A DNA stretch of 64,000 bases from Zygnema circumcarinatum SAG 698-1b (taxonomy: Eukaryota; Plantae; Zygnematophyceae), in contig CM074804.1 in NCBI GenBank assembly GCA_037447605.1, positions 310,001 through 374,000 on the forward strand, read 5' to 3'. A program made the translations under genes and the position numbers. Shown here piece after piece: positions 34,801 to 47,502 of this stretch (position 1 is the first letter of the stretch; the number at the start of each line of letters is the position of its first letter). The notes under the pieces are model-generated. The model was not told the DNA's origin. It did no database searches and saw only the letters and a program-made list of their open reading frames with translations.

Positions 34801-36476
34801 GCACACATTTGTTCATTGAAGTTTTGCATTCGTATACATGATCGAAAAGCGCAATAATTTTTCGATCGCAGGTTTCTACACGAGGTAAATGGCTTTTAAT
34901 ATGCACATCATTCATGGGGTCGAGAGCAGCACAAGCATCAAGAGGACGGAGAGAGCTGCTTAGTCGGCCTCCGACACAATCCTCCACCAATTTTTTCACA
35001 GTGCTTAGGTCCTTGCTGCAAGCGGAAACATCAACAGCAATAATGTTTGTGAGTTGAAGGTTAGAAACCGCGTTCGTAGTTTACAACGCAGAAACTTATA
35101 AGCTGAGAGTTTTAGGTTTCTTCTTTTGACATGAATAAGATTTAGACTCAGTTGAGGTGCCCGTAGCTGTTAGACATTATGATGATCTTCGGTGGTATTT
35201 GTCAAAGAAGAGAGGAGGAGAGGTAGAGAGGAGGTAAGAGATAAGGCATCGGAGAAACGAAAGGAGATGGAGGAGAGAAGAGACCGAGAGACAGCGAGGA
35301 GACTGAGAGCAAGAAATTAGGGAGGGGAGGCAATCGAAAAGCAGAAATATAGGAAAATAAAAAGGCGAGAAGAAAGTTAAGGGAGGTGACCTTTCTCAAC
35401 CCAACAGTGTTTAACAGTCACAAACATTGCTCTCGTCCTCCCTCTCATTCTCTAAACTAAAAATTTCTTTCTTACGAAGTGCAGGGTTAGTACTATCTGT
35501 TTACGGTTAAAACCCGAAATACCCAAACATCCCAAACACTTAAGAGAACCCAAGAACCTCACCTGAGTGACTGCAGGATGCTGGTCTGCTCTTCAATATA
35601 GCGGTGGCTCTCGTCGAGCCGTTTGACTAGCTGCGAAACGTCGACATCTGGTGCTCTCCCGAGGAGATCCTCCACACTCCTCTGAAGCTCTGTGAAGAGA
35701 GACTGCAATTCCCCGACTTTACTTGCAAATAAGGCGTGAGAAATTCCGCAGTCATGAGCCCATTTCCGCAAAGCAGGTTCCTTCACGCAGTCGAGAAGCG
35801 TTCGCCTCAAAGGGCTTTGAGTTAGAAGGGAAGGATGTAGCTCGCAGGATTTGAGGCGCTCCATGTCTCTCTCGAAGCAGGAGAGCAGTTCCGAGTGCCG
35901 TGAATGTTGACGATTGAACTGTTCCATGAATTCACGATGGGCGCCACAAATGTGGTTATAATAAAGGCCCATGTTTCCACATGCTGTCTCTAGGGCCCAC
36001 TCCTGCACCTGCTGCTCCTGCACCAGCCTCCTGCATATGTCATATCTCGCCTGACTCGCTCGAATTATCGCTTGCCCCTTCTGAAGATGATATTTGAATT
36101 GCCTTTCATAAGAAGGAAGCGCTCGAAGGAGAGGGTTCGGAGACTCGTCAAGTATATGCCCTGCTGCAGAAAGGCTTGGAGCTTCTGGAATGATGAGCTG
36201 TACAGGCTCTATCTCCTCCTCTGATGAAGGGGTAGGCTCGGCATCCGGGAGGAGGCTGGCTCTGTTGAAGAGAAAGACGCGCTTATCAGAAGCGGGAAGC
36301 TTGTAGGAGCTTAAAGTTCGTGCGGCTTCCAACCGCGTGTCGCCACATATGAGCATTTGGTCGGCTGCAGGAACGTTTGTGAGGGCTGCGAGAGCGCTGT
36401 GAATAAGCTCCACGAGAGTGCTACCCTGACAGTCGAGCTCATACATGCGGCCATTTTGGGCGACGTGGATCAGCAT
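31871..36476 (-). CDS. ATG11: Autophagy-related protein 11 (ATG11/FIP200-like scaffold)
   Basis: Exons 36476-35563 (MLIHVAQNG...DQMLICGD..L...LSSYKLP...VFLFNR), 35015-33401 (SKDLSTVKKLVEDC...VHNELQTVAALQSRIRD), 33232-33015 (MNCAHIENRLHEAREEA), 32679-32442, 32296-31871 (Atg11 C-terminal domain, YIAINKNCPNYFLS, IVGQIVHIER, NPYRLP...VTVAMVPD). Intron 2 needs a GC donor. The extreme 3' end may include another exon. Confidence 0.93.
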
Positions 36477-37807
36477 GGTGGGAGGGATGGGGAGGGAGGG
36501 AGGGAGGGAGGGAGGTGAGAGGTGAGGGAAGGAGGGAGGGAGGGAGGGTGAGAGGGAGGGAGGGGAGGGACTGGGGGAGGAAATGGAGGGAGAGAGAGGG
36601 AGTGTACGGATTAGGGCTCCGAGGTTAGGGTTAGGGCTGGTGCCCAGGGGCAATCCGTACGAGTGCGATGGCAGGGGCAGGCCCTGTCCTCGTTGGGCCG
36701 ACGAGGGGACGATGGGGAAGACGGGACGTGCCAGCCATGGCGGCGTGGCGTGGAGGGATGGAACGTGTGTGGGAGACAGAGAGAGAGAGAGCTTCGAGGC
36801 TTCGAGGAGACAAGAGGGGAGAAGCCAGCTAAATGGGCAGAGTGAAGAAGGCGGAGGGGGCTCTGGGTGGGTTGCTGTGGAGGCACAGAGGTGAGAAGGC
36901 TTACTGTAGCCAGAGAGAAGGGTGGAGGATGGAGCCTTTTGGGTGGGGGGGGGTGTGGGGGGGCTTTGCGAGTGATGCCCATGGGGGGACACATTAGGAA
37001 GAGGCTTGGCAGCTTCAGACGTGCGGCCATGTGGGCTATGAGGGAAAGCTCTTTCATGGCGTTTTGAAGATGCAGAAAAGTGACATTGGGTGAAGGATAG
37101 AGGTCTGACGTTGTAAGAAGGACCAGGTGGGACATCGTGGGAAAGGTTGCGAGTGTTATTGTGAAAAAGAAGTTAGAGAGTGTTTCAGAGGAGAGAGAAC
37201 AGAGAGTGCAAGATTTAGGGACGAGAGAGATTGGTTGATTGGAGGAAATTACCATCAAACATACAACAATAGTCACAATCAAGTCAGATCACATAACATT
37301 TTGCCACGCCATGCCATCTTCATATACACTATCAACAATTCTATGACCACATCATGTAATGAAAAGTCTCGCCACACAAACAACCAACCAACCAGCTTTC
37401 TACAAATAACTGCATGGAATACCAACAAGACAAGATGCACTGTCATTATCGTTTGTCACTTCGAATGAAACACTTCAACCTTACGCCCTAAACCTTACAA
37501 CCCTAACACCTTTAGTCCTAGTCCCGACCACACCTCTCACTCACGAAAAATCTCTCCCTTTGCCTCTTCCCCCCTCTCTCCCTCCCTCTCTATATCTCGC
37601 TCACAAACTCATGGAGGACGCCCTCGGGGAGGCATCCTCCAACTTGGGGAACAGCCGCCGCAGGTCTCATCGTAGACCCCTTCGTTCAAAATGGATTGCA
37701 CATAAATCCGTTAAGCGGAAAACCGTAAAACAAAGAATACTATTCTTCAAAATTGAACTCCGTTGACCGTTGAGGCCACCGCGGAGCTGAGAACAAAAAG
37801 AATCAAC

Positions 37808-40800
37808 TCATCGAACGCCTGCCGAGCTCCGCTTTAAGGAAGAAAAAAATCCCTTTTTCTTGTCTTTCCTCTGTTCAGAATCTCCGTCATCCTCAACCTG
37901 CCCGCCAAACCAATCGGAGCTTTAGGGTTAAAGTTTTGGTTGCGGATTTAGGGTTTGTGGACTTTTGAAGAGGGAAGTTCTGGGGCTTTTCAAACGCCAT
38001 GTCACATCAAGCTGCATTATTGCTTAGTAAAGTGGGTTTGGATCTCTCTCTCCCCTCGCTCTCTCTCTCGTTCTTAGTCTCTCCCCCCCTCCCCTTCCCC
38101 TTCTCCCCTCCCCTCCCTCTCCCTTTCCTCTCCCCTTTCCCCTCCCCCGCCCCTACCTCTGTTCCACTCTCCTTCTCCCTCTCCATCTCCAACTCCACCT
38201 CCCCCTACCTCCGTATCTTCCTCTCCGTCTCCATCCCACCCCGCTTCTCCCCCTCTTCCACTCCCCACCTTCCTCTCCCCCCCTTCCTCACTCTCCATCC
38301 CCCACGCCCTTACCTCTTCCCTTCCCTTACCCTCCACTCCCCTCCCCCTCCCCCTCCCTCCCTCCCCTCCCCCTTTCCTCCCCTTACCCTCCACTCCCCT
38401 CCCCCTCTCCCTCCCTCCCTCCCCTCCCCCCCTCCCTCCCTCTCTCCCCTCCCTCCCACCTCCTTGAGAATCTCCTGCAGCTCCTTGACGATGTCCGCAA
38501 ACTCCGGTCGCTCGGAGGGGTTGGTCCGCCAGCAGCGCTCCATGAGGTCCGCCACCGCCCCGTGCGTGCCCCGCGGGATGGCCGGCCGCAGGCCCTGCAG
38601 GGCAGAAAGAAGGCAAGGGGTTCAGAGGTTAGGGTTGCCAACTTCTTACAGTTTCTATCGGCATTTGGGTCGTAGGGTTCGAGAGTTTAGGGTTTAGGGT
38701 TTCCAAAGGGTTCAAAATCTTTAGGGTTTTAGAGCTTTACCTTTTGCACAACATTGACAGCGGCTTGTAGAGGCGTCAGATCTGCGTAGGGCAGCTGCAT
38801 CCCCCAAACCCCCACACAAAAAAAAATCGTTTTGAAACATTCGACCCAAGACTAATAAAAAACAGCACAGTTTGTAGATATGCGTTTTTCATCGATAGGT
38901 TTTCTGAAATTTCGAAGTTCTTGAGGAACCCATTCTTGGTTTCAAGCATCCCTAGGACCTTCTAGTCCTTTCAGGATTCAGCTCTTTGAATTCAATGCAG
39001 AGGGAGTTCAATTTAAGGTTGTGAAGTGAATTTAGGGTATTGAGTCTACTTGGAGTTCCCACACATACCTTTCCAGTGAGGAGTTCCCACATGACAATGC
39101 CAAAACTGAACACATCCGCCTTGTGAATGTAGGGCCTGTGTTCGATGACCTGCATGAGAGTGAGGGGGAGTACGAGAGGGCAGAGAGAGAGAGAGAGAGA
39201 GAGTGAGATATTTTTCTCGTCAACAGAAGCCCTGTCCGAGCTTTCGTCCCCCACGAGTTCAACCTTCCTCACATAGCCACTCTTTCCTGTTTCCTTTCTC
39301 TCTCTCTCTAGCTTCTGATTTTCCTTTCATATCACCTTTCTCTCTCTATCAGCCCCCAGACAGATAAGCAATGTTCCTATTTTCCATAGTCAGCACATGT
39401 ATCCCCCGTTCTGTTCCGTTACCTCCGGTGCCATCCAACGGTAAGTTCCAGTCTCTGCTGTCATCACTCCGCTGTGGGCTTGAACTCGAGCAACCCCAAA
39501 ATCCGCCACTTTCACCACCTGCACTGCCACTCCTCCCACACGCTTACCACTACATACACATACGATACATTACATACACAACACAATGCAACACATGCAA
39601 TGTATCAACGCATACAAACGTATACAGTGCAGTAAATGCACACATCCTCCTGTAGGTACATGACACATTGCCCGAGCTCGACATATAAACCCCATTCAAG
39701 CCCCATTCCACATCACAGTTTGGAGCGGGCCGGCTGACCTCGTTCTCGTTCATGAGCAAGTTGGCAGCTTTCAAGTCTCTATGGATGATGTTGTTCTTGT
39801 GCAGAAAATCCATTCCCCGTGCAACATCAACGGAAATTTTGAGTAGCATGGGAAGGCGCATAGTCGCCTTCTGCTTGTGCAACCAATCGTAAACGCTCCC
39901 TCCCGACATATATTCTGCGAAGAAACGGAGCATAGAAAGCAACCTCGGTCAGTTCCACGCCGTTCCGTTCCGTCCGCCATGGAAGGGTTCCATGCCATTC
40001 CGTGCAGTGTCAAAAGTTGTTTCATGCCATACATCGCGTTCTCCTCTTATTCCGTTTGTGCCATGCTATGCTGGTTCGTTCCATTTTCATGTAAAGGTGT
40101 ATTCAGTTTAAGAAAAGAGGAGGACGAATTCGCAGGTGGAAAGAACAGAACTGGGAGTAAAATAGTCGTTTTGTGGAAATGGGTATTTCCGATTATTTCA
40201 ACGTAAATCGAGGAAGTTGAAAACAAAAAGAACCATTAAAACTACGGAAAAGGTTAAGAAGCCTAGAAAATTTAAGAGCCGCAATATCCTGAGTATATCC
40301 CATTCCTCCAAAAAACCAAAAACCAGGTACAAGCTGAGATAATAGAACATTCCAGGAAGTCGAGAGACGAAATCTCTGAAACCTTAAAAAGTACGAAAGA
40401 TAGGAAAGAACTCACCAGTCACAATAGAGAGGTTCGGAGGCTTAGTGCACGCCCCGATGAACTGAACCACATTCTTATGCCGAATTTTCCTGTTTCGGAA
40501 AAGCCAAAGAGAAAAATTGGTGCGAGAGAAAGGAGGGGGGGGGAGAGAGAGAGAAAGAGAGTGCGAGAGAGATAACACAAGTTCGCTCGTACTGTTTGAC
40601 CCGTCTTTCCCTTCAACATCAAGGAAAGAAGCCTACCGCATGATAAAAACCTCCTGCGCAAATTCCTGCTGCAGGGAATCGTTCAGCCTCTCCGGTTTCA
40701 AAATTTTGATGGCCACATCCTGACCACAATATGTGCCCCGAAATCTGCAAAATGGCGCAGAGTACCGTGCTCCTCAGGCCTCCCTCACCGCACTGATGCT

Positions 40801-43800
40801 CGCAATTGGAGAGTGAGATAGAGGGGGAGGGGGAGGGGGAGGGTTAAGGGGAGGAGGGGGGGGGGGGAAAGGGAAGGTAAGGGGGAGGGGGAGGGGAAAG
40901 GGGAGTGGGAAGCGGAGGGGGAGGAAAAGGAGGAGAGAGAGAGGGAGAAGGAGGGAGAGGGAGAGGGAGAAGGAGAGGGATAGAGCGAGGAGAGAGAGCT
41001 CACAGGTCTCCGAATGAGCCAGACGCGATCTTGTGGTGCAGAACAAGCTGAGAGCTGTCGATCTCCCAGTCGTCTTGCCCATCGCTGGGGATGCGAATGT
41101 GCCCTTGGTCCACGAGGGAGGCGCCCTTCTCTCCCTCTCCCACAGCGAGAGAGGGAGGGGGAGGGGGAGCGGTAGCTACTCCACGGCTGCGGGACCAGGC
41201 AGGGTCCTGCATGCGAAGGAGAGGGAGAGGAGAGAGGGAGAGAGCGATAGAGGTACGGGTAGAGGTAGGTTTCGAGTTAGGGCTAGGCTTGGGGCTAGAG
41301 TTAGGACGAGGAATAGAGCTAGGGTTAGGATAAAGATTAGAGTTAGGGCCAGGCTTAGGGTTAGAAATAGTGTGAGGGTTAAGAGTTCGGGTCAAGGTAA
41401 GAATAGAAGTTTGGAATAAAAGATTTGAAGTTAAAGGCTTGAAGGTTCAAGTTTTGGGGTTGAAAGTTTTGAGTTTAGGGTTTGAAGGTTCAGCGTTCAG
41501 GATTTTCCTTAAGGCAGCCCATGAACAAGCATATGCTCAAATTGCGGAGGAAAGTGAGAGAGGGGCTGACCTCCATGCCATGTAACGCCGTCTGCAGATT
41601 TGCGACAAGGTCTTCAGTGTCCTGCACGTACACACAGAATGGGCGGAATTAGTGAAAAATGTGCAGGAGAGGCGATCAATAACATGGAACAGCGGCATCC
41701 TGCTCCTCATAAGATGAGGTTGACCTACTGTGAACAGGAAGAAAGAGCGGAAGGGGGAGGAGGGCTGGAGAGCAGAGGCAAAGAGAGGGAGAGGGTGTGG
41801 GAAATGCAGTGTGAGCTGGATTCTAGTGAGTGCGGGGTGGGCGGGAAGGAGGAGCCTATTGAAGGAGACATGAGGGTGGAGAGAGAGGGGGGGGGGAGGG
41901 AGAGAGAGAGAGCGACCTCCGTTGGCCAGCCGTCCACCACGAACACGTCGAGGGAGTAGCCGTCCGCAGAGGAAAAGACATGCGCTTCGCGTATGTTAAG
42001 ACCCACGTCTGCCAACACAGCCGACAGCTGCGGCCCAATCCTTGACGCTTCAGTTTCGTTCAGTTCAGTTCAGTTCAGTTAAAGTCAGGTAGTCAGTTCA
42101 GGCCAGTTCAGTTCAGTATACTTCAGTTCCCTTAGATCAGTTCAGTACAATTCAGTTCAGTTCACTTCAATCCATTACGGTTCAGTTCCGTTAGTTCAGT
42201 TCAGTTCGCTCGAGAACAGTTCAGTTCCACTTCTTTCGTTCAGTTCAGTAGAATCCCACCATCCACACTATATCACAAAAACATGGAACTAAAAGGAAGG
42301 ACAGGGGTAGGAGCAACACCGAGTCGGGATAGGGGGGAGGATGGGAGTGAGGGGGAGAAAGAATGAGAGGGAAAGAGGAGAAAGGAGGAAGGGAAAGCGG
42401 GGAGGAAGAGAGTGAGGGAGGGGATGGTAGTGGGGGGTCAGGAGAAGGCCCGACTGATGAGGAAGCCTATAGAGGGTCGACAGACAGATGGAGAGAAATA
42501 GGGGAGGAGAAGTGAGAGGGTCCACATGCTTTTAGAAACATACCTGACTGAGCAGCTTTGGCTTATCTTGTGTCGAAAAAGTCACCTCATGCATGGGCAT
42601 ATGGGGATACTTTGGGCTGCCCAAAACCAAGAAACCAAAAGTCAGCAAGCAGACGAACATAAAACTTTACATGTTATATTTTTTTTAAGATAAAGAGCTT
42701 CAGACAATGACAAAGGTAGCCCATCTTTTCACCTTGACATGGTATCACTAGTGGCGGTGTTCTCCTCCTCGACAGATGTCGGCTTCGACATTTCGAGAGC
42801 CAAATTTTCCAGATTTGGAGATGACCCGAACGCAGGGGGGAAAATGCTGGGAGTAAAAACGACAGGCGAAAAAGAGTAAAAATACGAAGGAGCGCACGTA
42901 TGTGGGGGAATCCAACAATTTACATACTTAGCCCTGCCTTAGCACAGAGAAGTGGGATTATTAGCAGAATAAAAAGAAACATGTACATAGACAATTTTTT
43001 TTATGATTTACAGGTATAACTCAAGGTCAAAACAAGAAATAGTAGTACCTTGTTCTTGGCTTTGATGACTGAGCACCTCCCTCTTCAGCTTGGGAGGGAA
43101 ATTCTTCCGTCGGAGTTCTTTCTTCTTCTCCCAGAGATATAAGCTGCACATACATAATAGCCCAAAAAGGAAATTAGGGAGCGAGGGAGTGTGAGAGGAG
43201 AGGGGGGCGAGGCGAGGGAAAGGGGACGAGAAAGGGTAGGCCGAGGAAGGAGAAATATGAGGAAAAAGGAGGCAACGATGACGGGAGGAGTGTAGAGACA
43301 CGGGAAGGAGAGTGGGAGAGCGAGAGAAGTAGGGTGCAAGAAAAGGAACATGTGAATAGAGGGATGGAGAGGGAAGGCAGCGGAGAGAGGGAGGGAGAGA
43401 GGCGGGGAGAGATGAAAAGGGTGGAGAAACAGGTCCGGGGTGAGAGAGACGCTGAGGAGAAAAACTAAAAGAGCGAGGAAAGAAGGAAAGGGAAAAAAAG
43501 CGAGGAGGAAAAGGGGGAACATGGGACAGGAGCAAAGAAGGGGAGGAAGGTGGAGAGGAGAGAGGTGAGATCAATAAAGATGGTGAGCGGGGAGACGAAA
43601 GCAAAGTGGAGACAGGAGAGGTGAGAAAAGGACGACAGGGGGAGAAGGTAGCCGTGAAAGTGGAGGGTAAAGTAGTGAGTGCGACGAGAGAGAGAGAGAG
43701 AGACACAGAGGGAGGGAGGGAGAGAGGAGGGAGAAAGAGGGGACGAGGGGGCGAAGGGGAGTGGGGCAGGTGGAGAGAGAGAGAGCTAGGTTTTAGAATC

Positions 43801-44782
43801 TTCAATATTGGCCAAAGGAATCCTCACTCAAGACTTTGGAATTTAAGGTTTCCAGTTCCGTACATGCACGGGTCGCACGTGGAACGCAAGGCCATTCTCA
43901 GGCGACGACGCTTCCTCCAGCAGCCGCTTGTGCATCAGCACGTCTTCTGCTCTCTCCGTATTTACATCCAGAGCATATCTGAACACAAGAAACCAAACTT
44001 AGATGATTGAGAAGCGAGAGAGAAAGTGCGGGACGAAGGGAGAGAGTGAGAGAGAGAGAGGGAGAGGAGAAAGCATGTAATTCTCTGTGAGAAACATACA
44101 TAATTGTACATGTTGACGTGCCGAATAGCACTTTGCTGCACAGTTCTCTCTCCTCTCTTTCTCTTTTTTCCTTAACTTATCTTCACACTCGCTTCTATCT
44201 CTACCTCTACTCTTACTTTTTCTCCGTCAACACCCCCGCTCCACCTCTCGCTTCCCTCTGCCCTGACACTCTCCCCTCTAGTCTCCTTCCCCACTTCATT
44301 CTCCTCTCTCCCTCCAGGCAGTCTCTCCCCTCAGTCTTCTCTTCCCCGCCTCCCACCTCCTCCCCCCCTCCCTCTCTCCCCTCCCAGACCACTCCCGTCT
44401 CCAACCAGTACTTTCTACGGTCTCTTTCGCCTCGCACTCATTTCCCTTCACCTCCTCCTTCTACTTCTCACATGTTTCTGCCTGCAAAGCCGAAACTTCT
44501 TCAAGACTGAAAAACTTAAGCCTAACAGTCTCTGAACCCTAACATTCTTGAAAGCCTCATCGACCTTGTGGGCAGGCGGTTGAAGTGCGCATGAAGCTCC
44601 TCGAGGAACTGCGGGCTGTCGGCCGCCTGGTGGCCCGTCTCTCGCAGCCTCTCCGCCACCTTCGCGCACACTTCGTGCTTCACGCGCTGCCGCTGCTGAG
44701 TGGGAGAGGCGCTACCGCTCTCCATGGAGGCTCCTCCGCGCTCGCTCTTCACCTTCACTGCCAGTGCCTCCTGCCCCTCCAT
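37808..44782 (-). CDS. ACT-domain Ser/Thr/Tyr protein kinase (STY8/17/46 family, Raf-like C2)
   Basis: 16 exons: 44782-44565, 43978-43864 ([20 protein letters not shown]), 43143-43049, 42846-42733 ([11 protein letters not shown]), 42616-42544 and 42027-41917 (ACT: [35 protein letters not shown]), 41621-41571, 41206-41004, 40744-40637, 40489-40416, 39914-39739 ([12 protein letters not shown]), 39518-39423 (DFGVAR...[11 protein letters not shown]), 39149-39069, 38794-38741, 38594-38460, 37897-37808. Confidence 0.94.
42050..42250. repeat. Degenerate (CAGTT)n pentanucleotide array in an STY kinase intron
   Basis: Many direct ttcag/cagtt units over about 200 bp. Confidence 0.85.
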
Positions 44783-44987
44783 CTCTCCCTCCCTATCCTC
44801 TCCCTCTCCTCTTCCCTCTATCCTCCCTCTCTCTCTCTCCTCCCTCTTCCTCTTCCCCCTTTCTCGGGTTCTTGGAGAGAGCAGCTGTTGCAAGAAACCC
44901 TAACCCTAAATCCCGGGCCTCCCGTGCAGGCGGGGCTCTGGCCTTCGGTTTACGTTATGTGAGCTGAGGTCACTATGTGGCGCCATG

Positions 44988-45072
44988 GCCATGCATGCAT
45001 GCATACATGCATGCATGCATGCATACATGCATGCATGCATACATACATGCATGCATGCATACATGCATGCAC
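44988..45072. repeat. (CATG/CATA)n self-complementary array upstream of the STY kinase start
   Basis: catgcatgcatgcatacatgcatg... A similar array lies at ~59385-59490 in an Obg intron, with short versions at ~15388 and ~28050. Confidence 0.8.
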
Positions 45073-45717
45073 GCAAAGGCCCTGTACGAACGACAATCCC
45101 GTTACAGTACTGTACAGTACTGTATGCGCGCCGTACAGTGACCGTACGGCGCTCGCTCACCAGCCGCGGCACGCAGCTTGGGAGCAGAACCCGGGCTGGA
45201 CTGGAAATGTTTCAGTCTGACCAGAGACGTCAGTCGTGAGTTTTGAGCCGTCGATTTTAGAATCTCTGTAATCGAATGATGTAAAAAGCGGTTTCTGCTT
45301 TTTTTTCAAATAATTTTTCTTTTAAGGAGCGGTTGCTTTGGCGGGGGACAATAATGGACGAATCTCGCGACTAATCGGGCGACCAGGCTGGCGAAGTCAA
45401 GCGAGGTCGGCCAATCAGCGAGTCCCAAATCAGGAATATGTGTTGACGTGGCAAACTGTGATTGGGTCGAACCTTCAAAACGGTGATGGCCTTGCCATCG
45501 TGAGTTCAATCAAACCTCCCTTCTACCTTCAAATGGAGACAACCGTCAATAGTTACGATGACAAATAGAATAATGTAAATTAGATAATAGCAAATAAGGA
45601 GTCGCCACGTCACAGAAAAAGCTCGTTTCATTGGGCCAACCGATTCACAGAAATCAAAGCTAACCGTTTCGAAAAAATGCGATGTGGCATATTTTTTCTT
45701 TTTTCGATGTGGCATTA

Positions 45718-45874
45718 GGGGGTGTCAGACTTAACAAAATCTTACGAAAAGCGTTACGAAAAAAAAGGTTACGAAAGTACTCCGCCGCAGCAGGATCGCG
45801 ATAATACTGGAGTACTCGTTCTGATGTCAAACTTACGAACACGCGTACTGAAATTTTTTAAGTCTGACACCCCC
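45718..45874. mobile_element. 157-bp MITE, family A, with 17-bp perfect TIR GGGGGTGTCAGACTTAA
   Basis: ta|gggggtgtcagacttaa ... ttaagtctgacaccccc|ta. The flanks read as a TA TSD, or as ATT if the TIR is one base longer. No coding capacity. Confidence 0.75.
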
Positions 45875-46316
45875 TATTGATTTCAAACGTACATGACCAA
45901 ACTCGGCATTGGGAACCACGAGAAGCGGCTCTAGCCGTTTCCGTTTGATCATGACATCATGACGCTTCGATTCCACTTCGAGTTACAGTAATGACGTCAC
46001 TCACTTCAGAACCGACAAATATTCGCTGACGCTCATCCGAAAGAATCTGGTGATTTGTACGGCTTCAAGGGAGACAAAATTCACCTGATTTCCGGCCATG
46101 TATGATTTTTGCGAGGCTCTGATTGGTAGAGATGCCGAATACGGACAAGGATCGGATCTTTTCTGAATGTTCCCTCTTAAACGGTTATGTTGGGAAAAGG
46201 ACAAGCGGCTCGTGCGGCGTAAATCCGGCAAGTGCGGACACGCCTAGGGAACCAGAAACACGACACCGTAGCCTGCCGCGGCAGCATAGGCTGTACGAAT
46301 TTTGTCGCACACGATA

Positions 46317-46859
46317 CAGTAGGGGGTCCTCATATTTTCCACCCTGGTTCCGGCCAAAATGAGGCGAAAATATTAATTTTGCATATATAAGGTTCGTGTT
46401 ACGAATAGACGGGCGGTATTATGTTAGAGTTCATGTTGGACCGTACGTATCGTACCGTAACATATCGTACCGTATCGTACTGTATCATTTAGCATTGTAT
46501 CGTATCGTGACATATCGTGTCGCATAAGCGTAGTTTTTAGGACTGTTGTTCGTCTCATTGATGTTGCCGTACTACGGATAGTACCGTATCGGGGAGTTTC
46601 TTATCGTATCGACCATATCGTATCGTAGTGTATCGTGTCGTATCGAAATCAAGAAGACGGGGAGAAGAGCGAGCGCCTCTTACGGCGGCACGAGCGGGGA
46701 GATTAGGTGAGTTTTGCGTAAGCCCGTAACGGCTAGTACGAACAGTACGGACAGTACGGCTAACACAAGTTCCCGTACAAAAAGGTGGTTTCGGCAAAAT
46801 CGGGGCGAAAATATTGAGGACGCACTCCTTAGGGTGGTAAATACGAGGACCCCCCACTG
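46317..46859. mobile_element. 543-bp Tc1/mariner-pogo-like MITE, family B, with ~28-bp imperfect TIRs and TA TSD
   Basis: ta|CAGTAGGGGGTCCTCATATTTTCCACCC ... GGGTGGTAAATACGAGGACCCCCCACTG|ta. The interior is rich in (tcgta)n pentamers. Confidence 0.8.
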
Positions 46860-46907
46860 TAGGTGCAGTGGTTGCGTTCGTACCGTACGGTATCCTTCGT
46901 TACAGTA

Positions 46908-46950
46908 CAGTGGGGGGTCCTCGTATTTACCACCCCAAGGAGTGCGTTGT
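46908..46950. mobile_element. Isolated family-B TIR, inverted relative to 46820-46859
   Basis: ta|cagtggggggtcctcgtatttaccaccccaaggagtgcgt is the reverse complement of 46820-46859 with 1 mismatch. Confidence 0.65.
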
Positions 46951-47502
46951 AGCGTAACGGAGCTGCGTTCGACGGATTTGCGTCTGTTCGATTGTACTTG
47001 TCGTATGCATCTTCCGTGTCACGGATCAACGGAATTCAGGAGCTGCCAACGGAGACTGAGAGAAGGCGGCGCCATGCGTTGGCGGCCCACGGAACAGCAC
47101 ACCATCCAGCAAGGCGCACCCGGGAACACCGCCAGAGGCCGCCGATTATCATTCGTTGACCTATCCGAAGGCTCCACGTAGTCAGTCAGGCCTCTCAGTG
47201 GGCAGTTGGCCAATCAGAGGCTGTCACTGCTAGGACTCAAGATCTATTGTCAGTGTTAAGTAGATGGGATGTCAGTGATGCTGTTTTGTCTTTTAGTGCT
47301 GGGCTTAGTATTTGTATTTGCTGTGTGGTTTGTCTTCTTGTTCTTCTTTCTTCTTTTCCTTCCTCTTCAGTTACAGCAACAGATGCTAAGTAAGAGATAG
47401 AGAGAGAGAGAGTTCCATGCCATAGATAGAGAGAGAGAGAGAGAAAGACTCTTCTTGCTGATAGCATTTAGACGTCCCATTCAGCCCAGCTANNNNNNNN
47501 NN

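Noticed and set aside
36477-36992. 172-aa in-frame N-terminal extension of ATG11
   Set aside because: Low-complexity CT-rich leader. Homology to plant ATG11 starts at MLIHVAQNG (36476).
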